Origin: an uncultured Gammaproteobacteria bacterium
Lineage (GTDB): Bacteria > Patescibacteriota > Microgenomatia > JAMCZE01
Assembly: GCA_964576435.1 (NCBI GenBank)
Contig: CAZNUP010000001.1
Coordinates: forward strand, 442,259 to 506,258
Direction of reading: 5' to 3'
DNA length: 64,000 nt
In this document: piece by piece, positions 49,500-58,622 of the stretch
Layout of the letters: each line of letters opens with the position of its first letter
Numbering within the stretch: the first letter of the stretch is position 1
Notes under the pieces: generated by a model
Seen by the model: the letters and a program-made list of their open reading frames with translations, nothing else
Told to the model about the DNA's origin: nothing
Database searches by the model: none
Made by a program: the position numbers and the translations under genes

Positions 49500-50489
49500 T
49501 TAAAAAGACCGCTGCTCAATAAATGGGTTTAAAACCGACTGCAGAAAAGTTAGCGTCTCCGGTTTAGAATTAATTCCCTTTTGTTTGAGTAAATGAGGGA
49601 GCGTAATATTTGCCATCGTTGTGTTCGTCCTCACTGTCAATTTTTTCTGAACACCTGTGTATAATGAGTCTTTCTGCATGTCCTCATTTGCTAATTGATT
49701 TAGCCTCACCTGCAGTTTCTCATATTGATTGTCATACCGTTCTCGTTCCGAATCAGATAATTGATCTCGAGAGGCCTGCCAAGTAAAATCCGGTCCGATG
49801 TAGTGTTCAAGGATTGCCTTTGCTGCTAGATATTGTTCGATTTTTTTCGCTTCAACTTCGCCAATCGAATAAGCGTTTGTGCCCAATTTAATGGCTACAC
49901 CAATGTCTTGTTCATACCACCTTAACAATTGCTGTTGCTCATTGGGTGAATGCAGGTTATTAATTAAGCAACCTTGTTCAAAATCAATGACAGATACGGT
50001 TATTGGCCTTAATTTATCTTGCACTCCATCAATTACAAAAGAACCAGCATTTACGTCTCCCAATAAAACTCCTTTTGAGTGAACTAAGGATAGTGAATCG
50101 TGGACTTGTGCAACTACCTCGTCAAATTTAGCTTTAGCTGTTTCTGTGGTCCAATTTATTCTTTCAATGGATTCCCCTGGAACCCTTGTCATTAATAAAT
50201 GTGCTTCGCTGTTATCTTTGTTATATTTTAGTCCAATTGGTTTAGGTGTTACACCTGAGCCATCCAACGCTTCCAAAAATCGAAATTCTTGCTCTAAACG
50301 TTGAATTACACTTCTGCTGCCGCCTGATTTTAATTTTGCCGATTTACTAAAAAGTTGAGGAAAAAAATCTCCCCCATCTGTAAAAAGCTGATTTTTCTTG
50401 CCTCTAATTTCCGCAGCCGGGCTCTTAAATTCTAAAGTATTGTAATGAGGATGGTCTTCATTGAGGATAATATCTCTAATTTCAGCCAT
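49500..50489 (-). CDS. Protein-kinase-like fold protein (Kdo/WaaP LPS-kinase-like or RIO-like)
   Basis: LHSKGVLLGDVNAGSFVIDG resembles the catalytic loop H-x-G-x-x-H/L-GD-x-N-x-x-N. Upstream conserved Lys region LLMTRVPGESI. Confidence 0.4.
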   Translation of the reverse strand: MAEIRDIILNEDHPHYNTLEFKSPAAEIRGKKNQLFTDGGDFFPQLFSKSAKLKSGGSRSVIQRLEQEFRFLEALDGSGVTPKPIGLKYNKDNSEAHLLMTRVPGESIERINWTTETAKAKFDEVVAQVHDSLSLVHSKGVLLGDVNAGSFVIDGVQDKLRPITVSVIDFEQGCLINNLHSPNEQQQLLRWYEQDIGVAIKLGTNAYSIGEVEAKKIEQYLAAKAILEHYIGPDFTWQASRDQLSDSERERYDNQYEKLQVRLNQLANEDMQKDSLYTGVQKKLTVRTNTTMANITLPHLLKQKGINSKPETLTFLQSVLNPFIEQRSF

Positions 50490-50506
50490 GCTTAATTTTA
50501 TCAGAA

Positions 50507-50534
50507 TTGGAACCTATGTTCATTTTGCTACAAT
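50507..50534 (+). promoter_or_regulatory. Candidate promoter TTGGAA-16-TACAAT; near-leaderless
   Basis: TACAAT at 50529-50534, 8 nt upstream of the ATG at 50543. Confidence 0.35.
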
Positions 50535-50542
50535 ATCTCTAT

Positions 50543-51595
50543 ATGAAAATATGTATTGATATTAGTCAGGTTGTTTTTAAAGGCTCGGGAGTAGAAAACT
50601 ACACCAGAAATTTAGTTAGGGAAGTTTTGCGCGAAAACAAGAAGACCAACTCTCATCAATACATTCTTTTTGGAACAAGTCTTCGCCAAAAAGTACTCCT
50701 AGACGATTTTGCTTTTGAACTACGTAAAGAGGGATTAATTTTTAAAACTAGTTTTTGGGCGCTACCCCCTTCTTTTACTTCAACTGTTTGGAATCAAGTT
50801 CATCACGTAAAGATTGAACGACTAACTGGGAAAATTGATGTGTTCCATTCGTCAGATTGGACCCAACCTCCAACTAGAGCCAAAAAGGTAACCACAATTC
50901 ATGATCTAGTGACCTATAAATTCCCCGAAGCTTCAAATAAAACTATTGTAGACAATATGCGCCATAAAAATGTTTGGGTTAAAAAAGAAGTGGATGCAAT
51001 AATTGCCGTCTCCAAAAATACAAAACAAGACATTATTGATATCCTGGAAATTCCACAAAATAAAATTCATGTCATCTATGAAGGCGTGGGGGAAGATTTT
51101 CTGAATTTTAAACCTGGAAAAGATAAGACTAGCAAAAAATATATCCTTGCTATGAGCGGTGTTGGAAATAGAAAAAACACTGACCGAGTAGAAGAAGCGT
51201 TTAATCTTTTAAAGCCAAAAGGAGTAGAACTTTCAATTGTTGGTAAAAATCTTGGTTTTGTAAAACAAAGCGATTTACCAAGCCTTTATGCCAATTCCCA
51301 GGTCTTTGTTTATCCAAGTCTTTATGAAGGATTTGGGCTTCCAGTTTTAGAAGCTATGTCAGTAGGTTGTCCAGTAATAACATCAAATAACAGCAGTCTC
51401 CCAGAAGTTGGCGGTGACGCTGCAATTTATGTTGATCCGAGATCTGTGGAGGACATAAAAGATAAAATTACTGAAGTTCTGTCTTTGAGTCCTAAATCAA
51501 GAAAGTCTTTGGTTGAAAAGGGATTCGCACAAAGTAAAAAATTCTCATGGAATAAAGCTGCTAAAGAAACTATAAAGCTTTATGAAAGTCTTTGA
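50543..51595 (+). CDS. GT4 family glycosyltransferase
   Basis: Start set at MKICIDIS. EGFGLPVLEAMSVGCPVITSNNSSLPEV motif. Confidence 0.75.
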   Translation: MKICIDISQVVFKGSGVENYTRNLVREVLRENKKTNSHQYILFGTSLRQKVLLDDFAFELRKEGLIFKTSFWALPPSFTSTVWNQVHHVKIERLTGKIDVFHSSDWTQPPTRAKKVTTIHDLVTYKFPEASNKTIVDNMRHKNVWVKKEVDAIIAVSKNTKQDIIDILEIPQNKIHVIYEGVGEDFLNFKPGKDKTSKKYILAMSGVGNRKNTDRVEEAFNLLKPKGVELSIVGKNLGFVKQSDLPSLYANSQVFVYPSLYEGFGLPVLEAMSVGCPVITSNNSSLPEVGGDAAIYVDPRSVEDIKDKITEVLSLSPKSRKSLVEKGFAQSKKFSWNKAAKETIKLYESL

Positions 51596-52652
51596 TTTGC
51601 TTGTTGCATTGCTTTTAACTACATTCCTTTTTCTTCACATAAACAATCAGAAGGTAAATATAACCCAACTTGAAAATCGCTATCAAAACTCCCAATACGT
51701 AAACCCAAGTGGCTATAAATATTTCATTGATGACCCAGAAGTCTACCAAGTTGCTGGCTGGCACTACATTCACGGAGAAAGTCCAGATAAGGTCAATTTT
51801 GAACACCAGCCATTAGCTAAATATCTAATTGGCTTGTCGCTAATGGTATTTCAGAATGCATCCTATTTACAGTTAATAATCGCTTTTTTGTGCCTCTTTT
51901 TAACAATTAAGCTCTCACGAATAGCTTTTGGACAATCTCTGTGGGCATTTATACCAGCTGTATTTCTAACAGCTGACCCATTGTTTCAAGAACAATCCCG
52001 TCTGGTTTATTTGGATATTTATCAACTCCTGGCAATACTTTTGCTCTTTTTCTTAGTCTTAAAGAAGCGTTTTGTGCTTTCAATGTTAGCTTTAGGATTA
52101 GTTCTGTTATCAAATTCCGTTTGGTCAGGAATGATTACTGGGTTTGTAGCACTTTTCTTCGTTTTTATAAAAGACCGAAAAAACCTTTGGAATTTTCTAA
52201 AGTTTGTCCCAATTACAATCTTGGTGTATTTAGCTGGATATCTAGTTTTCCTCTTAAAAAACTCCCCAATCGACTTTATTATGCTCCACATAAAACAAAT
52301 AAGGTTTTATTTGTCATATGTTCCCGAATATCCAAAAGGTGAAGTATTTAGGGTAATTTTCCAAGGGTCCTGGCGCAAATGGTTTGGAGATCATGGTTTC
52401 ATGCCAGCAGAGCCTTGGTCAATTTTGTGGCCAATTGGCTTAGTGCTTTCCTATGTTCCAATCATTTCTAAAAACAGATCTCCTCTGGTTGTGCTTTTCA
52501 CTTTATGGATTTCGGTCTGGCTCATTTTCCTAAGTACAAAACTAATTTTCCCCCGCTATTTGCTAGTAATCCTGCCGTTTATCTACATTTTGGCTATAAT
52601 GGGTATTCATGACTATTGGGATAAATGGCAACGAAGCAAACGTAAAAGTTAG
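51582..52652 (+). CDS. GT-C fold membrane glycosyltransferase, PMT_2-like
   Basis: FEHQPLAKYLIGLSLMVF (hPPL motif) and about 9 TM segments. Confidence 0.5.
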   Translation: MKVFDLLVALLLTTFLFLHINNQKVNITQLENRYQNSQYVNPSGYKYFIDDPEVYQVAGWHYIHGESPDKVNFEHQPLAKYLIGLSLMVFQNASYLQLIIAFLCLFLTIKLSRIAFGQSLWAFIPAVFLTADPLFQEQSRLVYLDIYQLLAILLLFFLVLKKRFVLSMLALGLVLLSNSVWSGMITGFVALFFVFIKDRKNLWNFLKFVPITILVYLAGYLVFLLKNSPIDFIMLHIKQIRFYLSYVPEYPKGEVFRVIFQGSWRKWFGDHGFMPAEPWSILWPIGLVLSYVPIISKNRSPLVVLFTLWISVWLIFLSTKLIFPRYLLVILPFIYILAIMGIHDYWDKWQRSKRKS

Positions 52653-53697
52653 GGTTGGAAGTGGTCAATATGCTTATGAACTTCTAACTCACCTAAAATC
52701 CTCAGATTCCTATAGGGTTTACCTTGAATCCAAGCCTCTAGACGACATGCCTAAAAACTTTTCCTATGAAGTTTTTGGTCCAAAAAAACTTTGGACTTTA
52801 ACTGGCCTTCAAAAAAGACTAATTGAAGAAAAGACTAAAGGAACTTTGCCAGACGTATTTTTCACTCCTGGTCACTATGCGCCTCTTTACATGCCAACTA
52901 AATCAGTAATCTCAATTATGGATTTAGCCTTTGAAAAGTTTAAGGAATACTATAAAAAACAGGATCTCTACCAACTCAAATATTGGACCATGACAAGTGC
53001 TATGGGGGCAAGTAAGATCTTGACCATTTCCGAGCATTCAAAGAAAGATATTTGCTCCCTTTATGCAGTTAGTCCAGATAAGGTTGTAGTTACCTATCCA
53101 GGATATGATAAAGATCGTTTCTCCCCAAAAGTTAAACCCGGAAAATTTAAAGGGAAATACTTCGTTTTCTTAGGGACTCTTCAACCTAAAAAAAATATCG
53201 AAAGACTTGTTGAGGCATTTAGTAGGATTGAAGACGATTCTATAAAACTCGTTATCGTCGGCATGATTAATGAAGGTCGTGGTGGTTGGATGAACCAGTC
53301 TATTTTTGACAAAGTAAAAGACCTAAGGCTAGAAGATAGGGTCATTTTTACTGGATATGTTCCAGATAATGAAGTTCCAGGTATTTTTAAAGGGGCATTG
53401 GCCTATGTTTTACCAAGTCTCTATGAGGGTTTTGGAATCCCTCCAATTGAAGCAATGGCTACAGGAGTGCCGGTGGTGGTTTCTAAGGTGAGTTCACTTC
53501 CTGAAATTTGCGGTGAAGCTGCAATCTACATAGAAAACCCCTATGATATAGATAGTATTAAAAGGGGTTTAGACCACGTTTTGAAAATGACAAAGACAGA
53601 AAGAGAAAAAAGAGTCGATTTGGGTGAAAAATGGGTAAAACGGTATAATTGGGAGGATACAGCCAAAAAGACTCTGGAGGTTTTAAAAAATGTTTAA
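52609..53697 (+). CDS. GT4 family glycosyltransferase
   Basis: [35 protein letters not shown] motif. Confidence 0.75.
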   Translation: MTIGINGNEANVKVRVGSGQYAYELLTHLKSSDSYRVYLESKPLDDMPKNFSYEVFGPKKLWTLTGLQKRLIEEKTKGTLPDVFFTPGHYAPLYMPTKSVISIMDLAFEKFKEYYKKQDLYQLKYWTMTSAMGASKILTISEHSKKDICSLYAVSPDKVVVTYPGYDKDRFSPKVKPGKFKGKYFVFLGTLQPKKNIERLVEAFSRIEDDSIKLVIVGMINEGRGGWMNQSIFDKVKDLRLEDRVIFTGYVPDNEVPGIFKGALAYVLPSLYEGFGIPPIEAMATGVPVVVSKVSSLPEICGEAAIYIENPYDIDSIKRGLDHVLKMTKTEREKRVDLGEKWVKRYNWEDTAKKTLEVLKNV

Positions 53698-54286
53698 AGA
53701 TAAGTACGGAAACAAGCTCACAACTAAAGAAGCCCTGCCGAAAATTAATAATAGGATAGGTAGCTATATGCTCGATCTTGAGCTCATGATTTTGACCTTT
53801 GTTGGCAATATCCCTTCCCATTCTCTAAGAAGACTGTTTTATAGATCTGCAGGCATGAAAATAGGCAAGGGAACAAATATTCATATGTGGGCAAGGTTTT
53901 ATGAGCCCAAAAATATTGAAATTGGTGAGGATTCTCTTATTGGAGATAATGCATTTTTGGACGGCAGAGATAAGCTAAAAATTGGTAATCATGTAGGGAT
54001 TGCTTCACAAGTTCTTATCTATAACTCAGAGCACAACGTTAATTCAGAAGAATTCGAAGGCATCTATGGTCCAGTAGAAATTGGTGACTACGTTTTTATT
54101 GGCCCCAGAGTGACTATATTACCAGGTGTAAAAATTGGTAAAGGTGCAGTTATAGCGGCAGGAGCTGTAGTTACAAAAGATGTTCCCGAATTTGCTATAG
54201 TTGGCGGCGTGCCAGCGACAAAGATTAGTGACCGCAAGAATAAAGATCCCAAATATGTTCTTGGAAGGGCTCGCTTGTTTCAATAA
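53690..54286 (+). CDS. Hexapeptide-repeat (LbH) sugar O-acetyltransferase (WbbJ/WcaF-like)
   Basis: Tandem hexapeptide repeats [36 protein letters not shown]. Confidence 0.75.
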   Translation: MFKDKYGNKLTTKEALPKINNRIGSYMLDLELMILTFVGNIPSHSLRRLFYRSAGMKIGKGTNIHMWARFYEPKNIEIGEDSLIGDNAFLDGRDKLKIGNHVGIASQVLIYNSEHNVNSEEFEGIYGPVEIGDYVFIGPRVTILPGVKIGKGAVIAAGAVVTKDVPEFAIVGGVPATKISDRKNKDPKYVLGRARLFQ

Positions 54287-57200
54287 TGAGAAAAGCACTT
54301 AATTGGTTAGATGACAATATTATTACCCTAATTGCCGGGTTCCTCTTAATTTTTATTCCTCTTTATCCAAAAATCCCAGCAGCTGATATTCTTCCAGGTT
54401 ACATTGTCAGGATTAGATTAGAAGACTTCTTTATCTTAGCCTCAATTCTTATTTTTGGAATCCAGTTTTTAAGAAAGAAAGTAAAAATCGGCTGGGATTT
54501 ACCCTCAATTGGCATTATTGTCTACATTGTAATAGGACTAATATCAGTCTTTTGGTCAATTTTTGTTGCCCAAACAGTCCCTATGGAGTTTGTCCATATT
54601 GGAAAAACTGCTCTTCATTGGCTAAGAAGAATTGAATACTTTTCACTCTTCTTTATTTTTTTTGGAACTGGCCGGGATGTCAAAAAGGTAAAGATCATTA
54701 TGACCATTTTCTTCCTAACAGTAGCCGCCGTGACTATTTACGGTTATGGTCAAAAATATCTTGCCTGGTGCGCTTTTTCCACAATGAATCGGGAATTTTC
54801 TAAAGGCGCGTGTCTTTACCTAACGGAGCACTCCCGTGTTCTTTCAACTTTTGGAGGACATTACGATCTGGCTGCCTACTTAGTTATTGCCCTCTCCCTG
54901 GCTTGGAGTTTTTTCTTTGGCCTAAAAAACAAGTTTGCCAAAATTGCCATGGGGGTAGTAATTTTGTGCGGCCTATGGCTTTTAATTCTAACTGCTTCCC
55001 GTATTTCCTTCGGTGCCTATTTAGTAGGTCTTGCTGTAGTTGTCTTTATCTGGTCATTCAAAAAAGGAGTTGGGTGGGGAATAAGTAGGGGATTTGTTGC
55101 TCTTTTCTTAAGTATTCTCTTGATGTTATCTTTTGGTGACTTGTCAGATAGATTCTTAACTCTTGTTCGCTTCGATGAACGTTTTGGTGGAATTCGCCAG
55201 ATCCTTTTAGCAAGTAGTATCAAACCCCCTGCTGGTGCGATTTTAGTTGGCGATGTGACTTCAAGGTCTGATCAGCCACCAACCCCAATAAAACCAGGAG
55301 ATGTCACAGGTGATGAAGCTCCTCTCTTTGTTAATGTCAAACAAGCAGATGGTTCCATAAAAAGAGTAGAAAAGCCACGAACCTACTCAAAATGTGCTTT
55401 AAGGTTTGACCTTTCCACTTGTATTAGACTTGAATCCACCTGGCCCAGAGCATTTGGAGCATTTGAAAAAAGTCCGCTCTTTGGAACTGGATATGCCACA
55501 CTAACAAAAGCCCAAATTGAAGACTTCACTGAAGCAGAGTCAACAGACAACGACTATTTGCGCTCTCTTGGTGAAACCGGTGCTCTTGGTTTCTTGGCCT
55601 TCTTTGGAGTAGTTGTTGGTATGGCAATAATTGCCTTTAGAAGCCTCTCAGGTATTAAAGACCCATTTGTATTCTCGCTAGTTGCTGGTTTTATAGCTTT
55701 TGTTGTTGGAATTCTTGCTAATGCCGCTTACATTGACGTGTTCGAATCGAGTAAGGTCGCATATGTTTTCTGGGGACTTTCCGGTTTAACGCTTGGCACC
55801 ATTTATGCCCTGAGATCAAAAATTGCCGAGGATAGAGAACCATTCAGACTGAATTTTGATTGGAAGAGATATCTAGCAGCGTTGAAGAAATTTTTTCTTT
55901 CCGATGTCCCTTGGGTTTTATTACTTGTTGTCTTAGTTATTGTCACTCATGCCTACAATCCAGCAACTAGTAAATTCACTTTCGATGGCCCAATTGCCGA
56001 CTGGCATTCTTGGCGCCAAGCAGACACCTCATCAGTATCAAGGAGATTTGATAGAGATGGAATAAATCTGTTATATCCAACCTTTGACGATGTCTCATCA
56101 ATTCCCTCAGGTTTACCAAACCCCAATGGTTTTAGATACGTCGAATTCCCAATCTACAACGCAGCAACTGTCATGGTCAAAAAGTTCATGCCAGAACTAA
56201 GTATTGAAGCAGCAGGTAGAACAACCTCAGCCTTAGCTACAGCCTTTTCCGCTCTTTTCCTATTCCTAATAGCCAGAAGAATTTTTGGAAGAAGAGCAGG
56301 CTATTTGGTAATGATTACCTATGCTCTTATTCCCTATAACCTGTTTTACGGAAGATCAATTCTCCCAGATCCTACCATGGTAACCTTCTCTCTTGGATCA
56401 ATTTACTTTGCATTAAGATATGCCACAAAATCAAAAATCTACAACCTAGTTTTGAGTTTAATTTTTGGAGCGATTGCCCTTTTAGTTAAGCCTTACGCCT
56501 TCTTTTTACTTGCTCCAATAGCTTATATTTTGATTGCCGCTTTTGGATTTTCAAAGAAATTCTTAATTGTCTCTGCTTGTTATGCTCTTGCAGTTATCCC
56601 CCTTCTTTGGTGGCGCCAGTTTATTACAGCTTATCCAGCAGGAATTCCAGCAAATGACTGGCTCTTTAATGGTGATGGAATTAGGTTTAAAGGAGCTTTT
56701 TGGCAATGGATTTTTGCCGATAGAATTGGAAGATTGATTTTAGGATTCTGGGGACTCATTCTTCTAGCGTTTGGAATAGTTAGAAAACCACAAGAAAAGT
56801 TTGGCTGGTTCCCCTTAATTTTCCTTTTAACATCTCTTTGCTATGTATTTGTCTTTGCAACCGGCAATGTCCGTCATGACTATTACCAAATTCTTTTAGT
56901 CCCATCTCTTGCTCTTCTAGTTGGACTTGGAGTTGATTCACTTTTGAAAGGTAATTTTGTCTCCAAAGGCTTGGCTGTCATAGCTTTTATCTTTATGGTT
57001 GCCTTTGGTTGGTACCAGGTAAGAGACTACTACAATGTTAATCATCCTGAAATTGTTAAAGCCGGACGCGCTTTCGATAAACTCGTTGATAATCCAAAAG
57101 TAACAGTTATTGCTCCATATATGGGAGATACTGCCTTCCTTTATCAAACAAACCACAGAGGCTGGCCCATTATGGAAGGCTCAATTGATGACATGATTGG

Positions 57201-57396
57201 AAAAGGTGCACAGTTCTATGTCTCAACAACTTATGACGATGTAACTAATGACATCTTGAAGTATTCAGCCACCCAAGCAGTTCAAGATGAAAGAAAAGCA
57301 TATAAAGTTGAACCATATCCCTTTACAACAATTGCAAAAACCAAAGACTATGTCATTGTTCAATTAGTTCCAACAGAAAAACTTCCAGAAAGGTAA
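54286..57396 (+). CDS. Fusion (1036 aa) of an N-terminal O-antigen ligase/Wzy_C-like domain (also the O-oligosaccharyltransferase family) and a C-terminal GT-C (PMT_2-like) membrane domain
   Basis: N-domain (about nt 54286..55725) has LTASRISFGAYLVG and STDNDYLRSLGETGALGFLAF, which match the Wzy_C 'aHNsyLqil.E.G..G' region. C-domain (about nt 55786..57396) has a second polytopic block with a WRQADTSSVSRRF loop. Confidence 0.55.
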   Translation: MRKALNWLDDNIITLIAGFLLIFIPLYPKIPAADILPGYIVRIRLEDFFILASILIFGIQFLRKKVKIGWDLPSIGIIVYIVIGLISVFWSIFVAQTVPMEFVHIGKTALHWLRRIEYFSLFFIFFGTGRDVKKVKIIMTIFFLTVAAVTIYGYGQKYLAWCAFSTMNREFSKGACLYLTEHSRVLSTFGGHYDLAAYLVIALSLAWSFFFGLKNKFAKIAMGVVILCGLWLLILTASRISFGAYLVGLAVVVFIWSFKKGVGWGISRGFVALFLSILLMLSFGDLSDRFLTLVRFDERFGGIRQILLASSIKPPAGAILVGDVTSRSDQPPTPIKPGDVTGDEAPLFVNVKQADGSIKRVEKPRTYSKCALRFDLSTCIRLESTWPRAFGAFEKSPLFGTGYATLTKAQIEDFTEAESTDNDYLRSLGETGALGFLAFFGVVVGMAIIAFRSLSGIKDPFVFSLVAGFIAFVVGILANAAYIDVFESSKVAYVFWGLSGLTLGTIYALRSKIAEDREPFRLNFDWKRYLAALKKFFLSDVPWVLLLVVLVIVTHAYNPATSKFTFDGPIADWHSWRQADTSSVSRRFDRDGINLLYPTFDDVSSIPSGLPNPNGFRYVEFPIYNAATVMVKKFMPELSIEAAGRTTSALATAFSALFLFLIARRIFGRRAGYLVMITYALIPYNLFYGRSILPDPTMVTFSLGSIYFALRYATKSKIYNLVLSLIFGAIALLVKPYAFFLLAPIAYILIAAFGFSKKFLIVSACYALAVIPLLWWRQFITAYPAGIPANDWLFNGDGIRFKGAFWQWIFADRIGRLILGFWGLILLAFGIVRKPQEKFGWFPLIFLLTSLCYVFVFATGNVRHDYYQILLVPSLALLVGLGVDSLLKGNFVSKGLAVIAFIFMVAFGWYQVRDYYNVNHPEIVKAGRAFDKLVDNPKVTVIAPYMGDTAFLYQTNHRGWPIMEGSIDDMIGKGAQFYVSTTYDDVTNDILKYSATQAVQDERKAYKVEPYPFTTIAKTKDYVIVQLVPTEKLPER

Positions 57397-57398
57397 CC

Positions 57399-58622
57399 AT
57401 GAGGATTTTAATGCTCACCCTCTATTTGCCTTATCCGCCAAACTCCGGCGGTCAAATTCGCTCCTACAACCTAATCAAGCATCTCTCCAAAAAACATGAC
57501 ATTACTCTGGTTTCTTTTATTAAAAAAGGTGAAGAAAAATATGCCAAAGAAATGGAAAAATACTGTAAAGAAATTCTCTATTTCTATAGATCAGATAGTC
57601 CCTTCGATCTAAAAAATGTCATTAAAACTGGCTTAAGTTTCTATCCGTTCCTAGTGATGAGAAATTTCTCACCACTTGGGAAAAAAGTCATTGCTCAAAA
57701 GATGAAAACGGAAAAGTTTGATCTAGTCCATGTAGAGACTTTTTACTTAAGACCCCACATTCCAAATAACATAAAAATCCCCGTCGTTTTAGTTGATCAA
57801 ACAATTGAATTTGTTGTTTACCAGCACTATGTTCAGACAATGAAGAACTGGCTCATGAAACCTCTCTACTATATTGATGTATTAAAACTTAAATATTGGG
57901 AAACAAAGTTCTGGAAAGAAGCTAAAAGGGTTATTGCAGTTTCCGATGCAGACAAACAAACTATGCAAAAAAATGTTCCTGGACTTAAAGTTGATATTAT
58001 TCCAAATGCTCCTGGAGACGATCTTTCAGGACTTTATGATCCAGAAGAGAAAGCCAAGTTTAAAACACCAATAATTTTCTATCAAAGTAATTTCCTCTGG
58101 ATGCAAAATGTTGAAGGAGCAGAATTTCTTGCAAAAGAAGTATTCCCGTTAGTTCTCAAGAAATATCCAAATGCAATTTGCCGAATCGTTGGACAAAACG
58201 TAGAAAGTAATGCTCATTTTAAAATTGATCAACTAAAAGGCAAAAATGTTGAGGTCATAGATCTTGATAAATCTGACATCAAAGGTGTTATTAAAGCTTA
58301 TAAAGAAGGAACAATTTTAGTAGCGCCTCTAAAAGGCCCTGGTGGAACTAGACTTAAAATATTGGGTGCTATGTCAGCTGGCGTTCCAGTGGTGACTACT
58401 CCTGTTGGAGCAACTGGAATAGAAGCTAAAAATGGCAAAGAAATTTTAATTGGCCAAACCAAAGAAGAGTTGGCAAATTTAGTTATAAAATTAATTGAAG
58501 ATAGGAAACTTTATAAAGACATAATTATTAATGCCAAGAAATTAATCAAAGAAAAATATGATTGGGGTAAAGTTGCTGAAGATTTAAGTAAAATTTATGA
58601 AGAAGCAGCCAGGAAAAATTGA
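57399..58622 (+). CDS. GT4 family glycosyltransferase
   Basis: GPGGTRLKILGAMSAGVPVVTTPVGATGIEAKNGKEILI, a GT-B C-domain. Confidence 0.7.
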   Translation: MRILMLTLYLPYPPNSGGQIRSYNLIKHLSKKHDITLVSFIKKGEEKYAKEMEKYCKEILYFYRSDSPFDLKNVIKTGLSFYPFLVMRNFSPLGKKVIAQKMKTEKFDLVHVETFYLRPHIPNNIKIPVVLVDQTIEFVVYQHYVQTMKNWLMKPLYYIDVLKLKYWETKFWKEAKRVIAVSDADKQTMQKNVPGLKVDIIPNAPGDDLSGLYDPEEKAKFKTPIIFYQSNFLWMQNVEGAEFLAKEVFPLVLKKYPNAICRIVGQNVESNAHFKIDQLKGKNVEVIDLDKSDIKGVIKAYKEGTILVAPLKGPGGTRLKILGAMSAGVPVVTTPVGATGIEAKNGKEILIGQTKEELANLVIKLIEDRKLYKDIIINAKKLIKEKYDWGKVAEDLSKIYEEAARKN

